From a virus (Duplodnaviria; Caudoviricetes), in the IMG/VR virus record IMGVR_UViG_3300008255_000057, positions 1-39,364 of that record: 39,364 nucleotides of DNA; one strand, 5' to 3'. The position numbers and the translations under genes were made by a program. The notes beneath the pieces were generated by a model. That model searched no databases and was not told where the DNA came from. It saw only the letters and a program-made list of their open reading frames with translations. Shown here piece after piece: positions 16,895 to 24,836 of this stretch. Within the stretch, counting starts at the first letter, position 1; each line of letters starts with the position of its first letter.

Positions 16895-17236
16895 ATGAAT
16901 CTATCAAAAGCAACTGATAAACAATTATTGAATGAAATTGAGGAACGGTTGAAAGAGGGTGTTAACGACATTGAAACCGGCTTGTGCGATATTGTGCCGC
17001 GTCATTTGAATTTCGAATATATGTATATTGATCAAGCCGATGAATTGAACTATCTAGATAAGCAAGTAACGCGCCTTAGTGAATTAACGCCGGAGTTGCG
17101 CGAGATTGTAGAGTGTGCCGCACGGATCGCATTCGGTGACTATTCGGATTTGCCTCGGTTGAAATTGCTGTTCAATAATGCAAGGGTTTTCGGACATTCG
17201 CCCACTCAACTCGAATTGCTGTTGTATCGCGAATGA
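16895..17236 (+). CDS. Hypothetical protein
   Basis: MNLSKATDKQLLNEIEERL...; ATGA overlap with the polymerase. Confidence 0.7.
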   Translation: MNLSKATDKQLLNEIEERLKEGVNDIETGLCDIVPRHLNFEYMYIDQADELNYLDKQVTRLSELTPELREIVECAARIAFGDYSDLPRLKLLFNNARVFGHSPTQLELLLYRE

Positions 17237-19260
17237 TTGTTTACGATCTTGAATGTTACCCGAACTTTTTTTCATGTTGTGCGGTATCGCTTGACCGTGA
17301 TGATTGCACCACTTGGGAAATCAGCGATAGGCGAAACGATAAAACCGCCTTGCTCGAATGGTTGCATTATCTTGCCACACATCAGATTGAAATGTGTGGT
17401 TTCAATAATATCGGTTACGATTACATTTTGATTCACGAATTATTGCGAACTCCAATAACAGCGACATATGAAACGATTTATGCGAAGTCGCAAGAAATTT
17501 TTGCCAGTCAGAATCGCAATCGATGGGCGTTGAACATTTGGCCGAGTGATAGAATCATTCCTCAAATAGACCTTTTCAAAATTTGGCACTTTGACAATCA
17601 AGCACGCTCGCAAAGTCTGAAAGGTCTTGAACACAACATGCGTTCGCCGCGCGTTGTGAATTTACCGATTGAACCCGGCACAATGTTGACAAGCGACCAA
17701 ATGGATTCAACGCGAACCTATGGTGAATATGATACATTAGAAACGCGCCGGTTTGCTCGCATCAGTTTGCCGGAAATCGATTTACGCCGCAAATTGCGCG
17801 ATGATGGAATGATCGCGGGCGATGTGCTTAACTTCAACGCAACAAAACTTGGAAAAGAACTTTTAATTCAGCGATTAGGCCATAAAATAACGCATGAAAG
17901 AAAGTGGACTAACACCGGTTTTAATGGTGAGGGTTATTTTCAAACCGTCCCGCGTCAAACAATTCGGACGCATATTCCATTGCGTGATGTGATTTTTCCT
18001 TACATCAAATTTGAACACCCGGAATTTCAACGTGTTCATCAGTGGATGCTTGAACAAACTTTAGAACCGGATAACATAAACCCGGAACGTGCCACTACGA
18101 AAGGCGTTTTCAAAGGCGTTAGTGCAATCATCAACGGTTTTCAATTCAATTATGGAACGGGTGGGATTCACGGTTCGCTAGTATCCACAGCCGCGCACAA
18201 TGACGCGGACAATATGATTTTAGATGCTGATGTTGCTTCGCTTTATCCATCAATCGCTATCGTCAACCGTATGGCACCGGCACATCTGGGCGAAGCATTT
18301 ATTGAACACTATGCGGCATTAAAAATCGAACGCTTCAAACATAAAAAAGGAACACCTGGAAACGCAGCTTTAAAACTCGGATTAAATGGATCATACGGAG
18401 ACAGCAACAACATTTATTCGCCGTTGTATGATCCGGCCTTTACGATGGGAATTACTCTTAATGGTCAATTGCTAATATCGATGTTAGCTGAGCTGTTGAT
18501 TCAGCATGTTCCTAGTTTGAAAATGTTGCAAGTCAACACGGATGGATTAACCGTCAAAATTCCGCGCACATCGCGCGCAATATACAATGAAGTTTGCAAA
18601 CATTGGGAAAATTTCACATTGCTTGAACTCGAATTTGTCGAATACAAATCCATGTGGATTCGCGACGTGAATAATTATGTGGCGATTGATATCAAGGGAA
18701 AATTAAAAACAAAAGGTGCATATTGGACGCCCGACATTGGCGAAGGTTACGCCGTTTCAATGTCAGGCGGTCCCGGTCATTGGCATCAACCAATAAATCA
18801 TCCAATTGTTGCGCGTGCCGCAATTGACTATATGACGCATGACATTCCACTTGAAGTGACGTTATCGGCGTGTGCGGACCCGTTCGAATTTCTGATGGTT
18901 TATAAATCGACGCGCGGAAGTACGCTCTACATTGGCGAAACCGCTCAACAGAAAGTAACGCGCTATTATGTTTCGCGCGATGGCGGCGCGATGGTAAAAG
19001 TATCGCCACCGGTTGAAGGTGCGATATCGGGCGCATTCAAACGCAAAAACGGCGTGAGTCATCATGAGTACAACAAACATAATCCGTTTATATGGAACGC
19101 AGAATTTCACACCGGCAATCGAAGCAAGTACGATGATCGCAAAACGCGCGTTCAAGCCGGATGGCTTGTCACTCAGTGCAATGACATAAGGGATTTTAAT
19201 TGGGGGAAATTAAATTATGACTTCTATCAAGCGGAAGCGGAAAAACTCGTTATCCGTTGA
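17233..19260 (+). CDS. Family B DNA polymerase with 3'-5' exonuclease
   Basis: ExoI YDLECY, ExoII GFNNIGYD; motif A DVASLYPS, motif B K..LNGSYG, motif C NTDG. Confidence 0.92.
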   Translation: MIVYDLECYPNFFSCCAVSLDRDDCTTWEISDRRNDKTALLEWLHYLATHQIEMCGFNNIGYDYILIHELLRTPITATYETIYAKSQEIFASQNRNRWALNIWPSDRIIPQIDLFKIWHFDNQARSQSLKGLEHNMRSPRVVNLPIEPGTMLTSDQMDSTRTYGEYDTLETRRFARISLPEIDLRRKLRDDGMIAGDVLNFNATKLGKELLIQRLGHKITHERKWTNTGFNGEGYFQTVPRQTIRTHIPLRDVIFPYIKFEHPEFQRVHQWMLEQTLEPDNINPERATTKGVFKGVSAIINGFQFNYGTGGIHGSLVSTAAHNDADNMILDADVASLYPSIAIVNRMAPAHLGEAFIEHYAALKIERFKHKKGTPGNAALKLGLNGSYGDSNNIYSPLYDPAFTMGITLNGQLLISMLAELLIQHVPSLKMLQVNTDGLTVKIPRTSRAIYNEVCKHWENFTLLELEFVEYKSMWIRDVNNYVAIDIKGKLKTKGAYWTPDIGEGYAVSMSGGPGHWHQPINHPIVARAAIDYMTHDIPLEVTLSACADPFEFLMVYKSTRGSTLYIGETAQQKVTRYYVSRDGGAMVKVSPPVEGAISGAFKRKNGVSHHEYNKHNPFIWNAEFHTGNRSKYDDRKTRVQAGWLVTQCNDIRDFNWGKLNYDFYQAEAEKLVIR

Positions 19261-19498
19261 AACAGTTCAAACGGTTCAAGTGCGACGTTTTGAAATGGGT
19301 GCAACAGGGATTCATTTTTTTAGTTTCTTAGAATCGTGTGGTTATACAGTTCACGCAACCCACGGCGGACGGTATTCAATCCGTAAGGGTAAATCGAGCC
19401 GATTTAGGTTAATGACCCGAAAAGAAATTTTAGAATTAATTGACAAATTGCGAAAAAATCGCGGTTTAGAGCCAATTTTAAAGGGTCAAAATAAGTAA
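19217..19498 (+). CDS. Basic hypothetical protein
   Basis: 93-aa ORF ending just before the promoter at 19508; start uncertain. Confidence 0.55.
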   Translation: MTSIKRKRKNSLSVETVQTVQVRRFEMGATGIHFFSFLESCGYTVHATHGGRYSIRKGKSSRFRLMTRKEILELIDKLRKNRGLEPILKGQNK

Positions 19499-19507
19499 CT
19501 TTTCTTA

Positions 19508-19535
19508 TTGACAGGACTGTAAAAGACATTAGAAT
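19508..19535 (+). promoter_or_regulatory. Sigma70-like promoter TTGACA-N16-TAGAAT with operator variant
   Basis: taacttttcttaTTGACAggactgtaaaagacatTAGAATggtc is a diverged copy of the 9557 cassette. Confidence 0.8.
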
Positions 19536-19598
19536 GGTCTTTGTGAACGGGAATTGACCCAAACAACTCGATATTGCAGCTTAAGAGAGGGAACGGAA

Positions 19599-19976
19599 AT
19601 GATCACAGAATTTAAATCAGACACCCCAGCGGGATTTAATCGTTTTATCGAAATCGGATTATGGACCGCTGACGCACTCGCATAAATTCAAGAGCGCGGT
19701 ATCGATGCGGCGCTAGAACTCGCAAACACAATGACAAGTCTTAAACAAAAACGTACTTTCGCGCGGTCATTAGTCAAGTTGATTTGTCAAACAGAGTATT
19801 CAGCCCATCAACCGGCTTATAAGGTTGAGGCTCGTTTATACGGTCCGAAACGTTTACTTAAGCAATATATTTTCATCCGTGAAGTCTCATGGAAATTTAA
19901 CAAATCAGGAAAACAAGTCGCATTGATAGAATGGTTGTGTGCAGGTCGAGCGGAGATTAAAAATCATGAATCATAA
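19599..19976 (+). pseudogene. 126-codon gene interrupted by an in-frame TAA at 19683
   Basis: RBS GAGAGGG and ATG 19599; MITEFKSD...DALA*IQERGIDAALELANTMTSLKQKR... is in frame with track ORF 19731..19976. Confidence 0.6.
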
Positions 19977-20055
19977 TTTTCAATTTGCGTTAGCCTGGTT
20001 CACTGGGTTTTTAGCAGTAGTGTTGTTCTATCTATCATGGATGATAACACCATGA
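19966..20055 (+). CDS. 29-aa membrane microprotein
   Basis: MNHNFQFALAWFTGFLAVVLFYLSWMITP; RBS GGAG; ATGA coupling downstream. Confidence 0.55.
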   Translation: MNHNFQFALAWFTGFLAVVLFYLSWMITP

Positions 20056-20153
20056 TTAAATGGATTATCAACTTATTTCGACCACGCCCCGAACCGCCAT
20101 TATGGATTAAGTGCATGGCTGTTCATATTTATAAAACCACCATCAAAAGGTGA
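20052..20153 (+). CDS. 33-aa microprotein
   Basis: MIKWIINLFRPRPEPPLWIKCMAVHIYKTTIKR; translationally coupled. Confidence 0.5.
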   Translation: MIKWIINLFRPRPEPPLWIKCMAVHIYKTTIKR

Positions 20154-20157
20154 TAAA

Positions 20158-20424
20158 ATGGAAACTCCCACGGACATTAATTTGACGAACTCGGAAAAGA
20201 AACTTTTCCAATTGTTCAACCGCAATCTCAATAAAGATGTTGAAATTGATCGTATCATTGAAACAATGAAACGGGCGAATAAGAAAGCGCCGAGCCGTCA
20301 AGCCGCAATCGTTCGCTTGAAGTATTTCGCATCTAAAATCGCGCCGCGTGGCTGGATTGTTGAACGCACGTCAGGCTTAGGTCGTGGCGTTACCGGCACT
20401 TTTAGAATGTCAAAGGTGTTCTAA
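20158..20424 (+). CDS. Stand-alone OmpR/PhoB-type winged-helix DNA-binding protein
   Basis: LTNSEKKLFQLF.....V....II.....V.L....K.....IVER..G.G pattern; no receiver domain. Confidence 0.6.
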   Translation: METPTDINLTNSEKKLFQLFNRNLNKDVEIDRIIETMKRANKKAPSRQAAIVRLKYFASKIAPRGWIVERTSGLGRGVTGTFRMSKVF

Positions 20425-20525
20425 TGGATTGGTCAATAGTTTTAATGATGATTAGCATTTTTTGCTTTATAATCCTTGGTGCAATGATCGCCGTGGCTTG
20501 TTGGTGTCACGGCAGAGATAACTAA
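20424..20525 (+). CDS. 33-aa membrane microprotein
   Basis: MDWSIVLMMISIFCFIILGAMIAVACWCHGRDN; TAATG coupling. Confidence 0.5.
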   Translation: MDWSIVLMMISIFCFIILGAMIAVACWCHGRDN

Positions 20526-20571
20526 ACGCAATCAGGAGCGAGAATAAATAACCACACAACAGGAGACTAAC

Positions 20572-21288
20572 ATGCTCGCATATCACAATGACTCGTTGAT
20601 AAAGGCTAAACTCATTGCAGCGCTTGAGGATCACAACGCACATGATCGGCTGGTTAAAGGGCAGTACTGGCAGAATGGAAAAGGTTGTGCAATAGCCTGC
20701 ACGTTGCATTCATTTGGTGAAAAAAATACCGCAAACCACAGCGCATATGAGCGCCTGTTCGGTATCCCTCAAGTCATAGCGCGGCTTGAGGATTTATTTT
20801 TCGAACGGCTTGAAAACAGAGCAAGCCGTTCGTGGCCGCTGCGATTTTCAAACGCTATCCGCCCAGGCGCGGATCTGACGATGATATGGCCGAAATTCGC
20901 TGTGTGGTTACTGACAGATGAATTGCCGCGCAGTTTTGATAAAAAAAAGTATAGCAATATATGGGGCGCGATTGATAAAATCGCTGACCTGTATCGAGAA
21001 CACATCGAGACAGGCAATCCGATTCATAAAACCGCCGCCTATGCCGCCACCGATGCCGCCGATGCCGCCTATGCCGCCGCCTATGCCGCCGATGCCGCCG
21101 CCGCCGCCGCCGACGCCGCCGCCTCTGCCGCCGCCGCCGCCGCTGCCGCCTCCGCCGCCGATGCCGCCTATGCCGCCTATGCCGCCTATGCCGCCGCCCA
21201 TACCGCCGATGCCGCCGCCCATACCGCCGATGCCGCCAGCATCACACGTCAATCAGACAAGTTGATCGAACTATTGGAGGCAGCATGA
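20572..21288 (+). CDS. Conserved hypothetical protein with a long Ala-rich (AAY/AAD) repeat tract
   Basis: RBS AGGAG; globular N-domain (GQYWQNGKGCAIACT...GIP...ARLED.FFE); GCC-based tract at 21034-21237. Confidence 0.8.
   Translation: MLAYHNDSLIKAKLIAALEDHNAHDRLVKGQYWQNGKGCAIACTLHSFGEKNTANHSAYERLFGIPQVIARLEDLFFERLENRASRSWPLRFSNAIRPGADLTMIWPKFAVWLLTDELPRSFDKKKYSNIWGAIDKIADLYREHIETGNPIHKTAAYAATDAADAAYAAAYAADAAAAAADAAASAAAAAAAASAADAAYAAYAAYAAAHTADAAAHTADAASITRQSDKLIELLEAA
21034..21237. repeat. Degenerate (GCC)n-NAT microsatellite-like tract
   Basis: gccgcc(tat/gat/cat) units, including a 21-bp direct duplication gccgccgcccataccgccgat. Confidence 0.9.
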
Positions 21289-21422
21289 CCAATAACGAGA
21301 CAGATAGCACCCGCGATTAAAGCGACAAAACTAATTCACCACGGAATTGTGTACCAACGAATTTTAAATCATTAGTCATGTTCCGTGGTGTAATCTTTTC
21401 CGGTTTCATGGTCTATTTTCTT

Positions 21423-21677
21423 TTACTGTGAAATTCCGCGCGCCCAAAATTGCAACGCTTTCAATTTAAGCGTATTCAATCGGGCGCAACCATTGTTGTC
21501 CACAAGGATTGCTAAAAACTCTTGCGTGGTCACGCCATCGGGTGCGGTTTGAAGATCGCACGCCGGTTGCATGGCGCTAATTGGTGGTGTCGGCTTCGGT
21601 AAGTCCGTTGCCGGTAATGGATTGGTTGAACAAGCGGACAAACTCAGGACCAGGACAAGCGGCAACATTTTCGACAT
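21423..21677 (-). CDS. o-spanin (Rz1-like lipoprotein)
   Basis: Lipobox LSLSAC, Pro-rich PTPP...MQP, two further Cys; overlaps the i-spanin end. Confidence 0.8.
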   Translation of the reverse strand: MSKMLPLVLVLSLSACSTNPLPATDLPKPTPPISAMQPACDLQTAPDGVTTQEFLAILVDNNGCARLNTLKLKALQFWARGISQ

Positions 21678-21945
21678 TGCGGATAATCCATTTTGTAACT
21701 GTTTTGATTTCGGTGATGATCTTTGGCGCTGATTCAACATAGATGATTTCAGCATCAACGGTTTTTTCATCATATTTTTTTTGCAGCTTTTGCGCTTCGG
21801 CAACCGCTTTGATCTTGTACGAATCAAACGCATTGCGCGTGATGGTCAATTGAAGTCGCGAGACACCAAGCGCAACAACAAGACCGGCAATTAAAAACCA
21901 TTTCCAGTTCGAGCGAACAAATTTAATCGCGGTCAAGATTTCCAT
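21577..21945 (-). CDS. i-spanin (Rz-like)
   Basis: N-terminal TM segment, coiled coil, C-terminal Cys (ACPGPEFVRLFN); follows the endolysin. Confidence 0.8.
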   Translation of the reverse strand: MEILTAIKFVRSNWKWFLIAGLVVALGVSRLQLTITRNAFDSYKIKAVAEAQKLQKKYDEKTVDAEIIYVESAPKIITEIKTVTKWIIRNVENVAACPGPEFVRLFNQSITGNGLTEADTTN

Positions 21946-21948
21946 AAT

Positions 21949-22452
21949 TTACTCGCTCGGCGGAAATTCTAAAGCGATCTTAGTTCCTTTCAAACACAAC
22001 TCGCGTTCCGATGTGCGGCGCTTGGTTAAACCAGGAAGCGCGACTTTCACACCGGCAATCGTGGTTTTATTCCACATCAACAAAGCATCGCAAGCGCCTT
22101 CTAAGTTTCCTGCATTGGCCCGTTTTGCCATACTAGAGCCACAGAACGCGGGTGCGCCGATATTATATGCCGTTGATAAAAACGCAACATAAGACGGTTC
22201 GGGCAAGTCAGCCGGTAAGCATCTATCAAGCACGGTTGAAAATTCATCAAGCGATGCATTCAACATCGCTTTGCATTGGTCTAGTGTGGCGGTATCGGTG
22301 ATCTTTACACCGCGCGTTTCACCGTAACAAATTGTCGGAATGTTCGGAGGATCATAATATGCAACGGTGCGGACACCTTCAAAGCCTGCAACCAGTGATG
22401 CAACAATCGCTGCAATCCCGGCAGATTTTTTGAAACGACTCATGCGCGCCAT
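21949..22452 (-). CDS. SAR endolysin, GH24 lysozyme
   Basis: Basic plus Gly/Ala-rich SAR segment, then FEG..AY.D....TICYG catalytic E-D-T; YNIG, GLTKRR..E..LC. Confidence 0.92.
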   Translation of the reverse strand: MARMSRFKKSAGIAAIVASLVAGFEGVRTVAYYDPPNIPTICYGETRGVKITDTATLDQCKAMLNASLDEFSTVLDRCLPADLPEPSYVAFLSTAYNIGAPAFCGSSMAKRANAGNLEGACDALLMWNKTTIAGVKVALPGLTKRRTSERELCLKGTKIALEFPPSE

Positions 22453-22667
22453 TAGTCTAAACCTTTTTGCACCGTTACGCGCGCACCAAGCGCCGCTATC
22501 GATGTGAGAGCCGACAATCCGGCGAATATACCGCGCGGTACAGCGTCACTAAATAATGGTAGCGCAACTTCAAGGCCGGTTAATGTGCCGCTCAAAATTA
22601 TCAATCGAATTGACCATGCGCGACGTAAAATTACACTCCAATCTTCGGTAAGTGAAAGTTTCATCAC
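22452..22667 (-). CDS. Holin (two TM segments; possible dual start)
   Basis: MMKL..DW....RRAWSIRL..., two hydrophobic segments, directly upstream of the endolysin. Confidence 0.7.
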   Translation of the reverse strand: MMKLSLTEDWSVILRRAWSIRLIILSGTLTGLEVALPLFSDAVPRGIFAGLSALTSIAALGARVTVQKGLD

Positions 22668-22678
22668 GCCCCTCCATT

Positions 22679-23017
22679 CTATTGCAATGGTGGATTAATC
22701 AAGATATTAAGCAATTTAGATATGCCGATTGCTGCTGTTCCACCAAGGATAGCAATTATACCGAGTACACCAATACCCCGATTTTTTAAGGCTTTGTAAT
22801 CGTCAATTGTCGGCATGATATTTTCATCAATATGTTTTTTAATTGCAAGATGTTGGTCGGTCAATACACTTATTGCACCGCGCAATTCGATTTGTTTATC
22901 GTTGATTATATCAAGTTTTTTGAACATGGCTACGCGTTGCCGCGTAGCCTCTCGGCTTTCGGATAATAAAGAGCCGATTTGAACAGAAAAATTATTTAAT
23001 TCTCGTCCCTCGACCAT
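22679..23017 (-). CDS. Coiled-coil protein with a C-terminal TM (lysis-cassette accessory)
   Basis: ATG 23017 after AGGA; QIGSL..., C-terminal GIGVLGIIAILGG. Confidence 0.6.
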   Translation of the reverse strand: MVEGRELNNFSVQIGSLLSESREATRQRVAMFKKLDIINDKQIELRGAISVLTDQHLAIKKHIDENIMPTIDDYKALKNRGIGVLGIIAILGGTAAIGISKLLNILINPPLQ

Positions 23018-23031
23018 TAAAATATTCCTGG

Positions 23032-23523
23032 TTATTCTTCCGGCCAACTTGCAATAATCGCGGCAAATTCATTATCTTCGACAATCTTCGGGTTTGTTTG
23101 ATTAAGTACACCAAGGAAAATTGTAACTTTGTCTTTTCTGAAATTTGTTGCGCGGTCATATTGATCGAACGCGCCAGCTACTAAACCATCGGTCGGAACA
23201 GCCGCACGACCCGCGTTTAAAATTGCACCATAACGCGCTAATCCCGCCGCAATTTTTTCATCCGTTGTTCCAGCCGGTAAAGCAACAGTGCCGAGAATCA
23301 AATAAGCATATTCTCGCCAATCGGCACCATCAAACGTTTTCGGTGTGGTTGCCAGTACTGTAAATAGATTGATATATTGTTGATCGGTAATTTCCGCGAA
23401 CCATTCACCCGCATTTTTCAAACGTGTGACATATGTCGGTGCGTAACGCGTATCTAACTCAACCAATGAATCCGCAACTGTTGGATCGCAAAATTGACCA
23501 TTTACAAGGCGTGCAAATTTCAT
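23032..23523 (-). CDS. Putative tail fibre assembly/chaperone protein
   Basis: Follows the Gly-rich fibre; MKFARLVNG start, C-terminal II..WP. Confidence 0.5.
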   Translation of the reverse strand: MKFARLVNGQFCDPTVADSLVELDTRYAPTYVTRLKNAGEWFAEITDQQYINLFTVLATTPKTFDGADWREYAYLILGTVALPAGTTDEKIAAGLARYGAILNAGRAAVPTDGLVAGAFDQYDRATNFRKDKVTIFLGVLNQTNPKIVEDNEFAAIIASWPEE

Positions 23524-23525
23524 TT

Positions 23526-24464
23526 TTATAAACTCCACACGATTGCGGCCGCACCGGCACCACCGACACCGCCGACCGCTTCGGACACGCCGCCATTGCC
23601 GCCGCCGCCGCCACCACCATTACCACCAGCGGCACCACCACCATTCACATCGCCACGGCCAGTGCCGCCACCACCACCCATAAATCCACCGTTTGTGCCG
23701 GGGTCACTACTACCGTTACCGTCGCCACCACAATAGATATTGCCGTTACCTTGCGTTTGAAAATTTAAACCAAACAGCAATGGTAAATTTTGGGCAAATG
23801 AACCGGCTGTCATCACTCGGCTATTTGAAAAAACCCGCGTTGTGGTTGATGATGCAAAAGGCGATCCGCCTTTACCGGTTGTTGTCCCCGAACCAGTGCC
23901 ACCGTTGCCGCCCGCGATTGCTCCACCGCCACCGCCACCAACATCCGATTGACCATTACCACCGTTGCCGCCGTCGCCATAAAGAGAACCGGCACCACCG
24001 CCACCGGCACTTGAGCATGATGATGTATACGCCGCACCATCGCCGCCGTTACCACCGTTAAAATTGAAAGTCCCGCCGCTTCCACCCGTTCCGCCAACGC
24101 CACCCGTCGCACCTTGCCCACCTTGCCCACCGGCAGACGATAACAAAGCACCGATTGATGTGGTGCCACCATTGCCACCGTTACCGCGATTTACCGCACC
24201 GGCAGTTCCACCCGCGCCAATGGTAATTGTGATCGCATCGTCTTTAGTTAGATTAAACCAGCCTGCGCGAAATTCACCACCACCGCCACCGGCGCCCGAT
24301 CCAACACCGTTATCGCCACCGGCACCACCGCCACCCGCTCCAAGCCCACCAATCAGATATCGGGCGGTTATCGGTGCTGTAAAAGTATAAACACCCGGAT
24401 AGGTAAATTCAGCAAACATCAAAATAGGATCGATGTTAACTTGAGTATAATCTTGCCACGCCAT
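23526..24464 (-). CDS. Glycine-rich tail fibre / receptor-binding domain
   Basis: FT.PG.YTFTAP...GAGGGG...ITITIGAGG..G...GNGGTTS, a Gly-rich domain. Confidence 0.75.
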   Translation of the reverse strand: MAWQDYTQVNIDPILMFAEFTYPGVYTFTAPITARYLIGGLGAGGGGAGGDNGVGSGAGGGGGEFRAGWFNLTKDDAITITIGAGGTAGAVNRGNGGNGGTTSIGALLSSAGGQGGQGATGGVGGTGGSGGTFNFNGGNGGDGAAYTSSCSSAGGGGAGSLYGDGGNGGNGQSDVGGGGGGAIAGGNGGTGSGTTTGKGGSPFASSTTTRVFSNSRVMTAGSFAQNLPLLFGLNFQTQGNGNIYCGGDGNGSSDPGTNGGFMGGGGGTGRGDVNGGGAAGGNGGGGGGGNGGVSEAVGGVGGAGAAAIVWSL

Positions 24465-24833
24465 TTATGAACTCCAAACTTGCATTTTACCGCTCACGGT
24501 ATTGAAATATAAATCGCCATTCTGCAACGCGCTTCCATCATTGCGCGTTGTCGGTGCTGTTGAATGTGCACCTTGATTGATTTCAGTGTAAGTACCAGCT
24601 ACCGCAATCGCTTGTGTCATTGCTTCTTCGGCATCCGTTTTGCTCGCATCAGCCGCCGCCGCGTCCGCTTCAACTTGACCGGCTGTTGTCTCTACCCAAT
24701 TAGCCAGTGCATTTGTTTCAGTCACTAACGTAGGATAAGCTGCAACCGTTGCGTTGGCCTTTGTTGCAAATGTTTCTTGATCTTCGCCCCGTATCGGATA
24801 GTCGGGTAGTGCTGTGATTGGCGGATAGGCCAT
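24465..24833 (-). CDS. Tail fibre N-terminal anchor segment (in frame with the next ORF)
   Basis: ITALP..P.RG....F...A, Ala-rich coil, PTTRNDG.AL..GDLYFNT...M.VW fibre motif, ending in TAA directly before ATG. Confidence 0.7.
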   Translation of the reverse strand: MAYPPITALPDYPIRGEDQETFATKANATVAAYPTLVTETNALANWVETTAGQVEADAAAADASKTDAEEAMTQAIAVAGTYTEINQGAHSTAPTTRNDGSALQNGDLYFNTVSGKMQVWSS

Positions 24834-24836
24834 TGT

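Noticed and set aside
20908-21265. Poly-Gly (minus) and poly-Pro (plus) ORFs over the Ala tract
   Set aside because: Shadow frames of the GCC repeat, with no convincing RBS.
23494-24390. Pro-rich and His/Arg-rich plus-strand ORFs
   Set aside because: Antisense shadows of the Gly-rich fibre gene.
23032-24464. Diversity-generating retroelement or invertase-based fibre switching
   Set aside because: No reverse transcriptase, recombinase or template/variable repeat pair was found.
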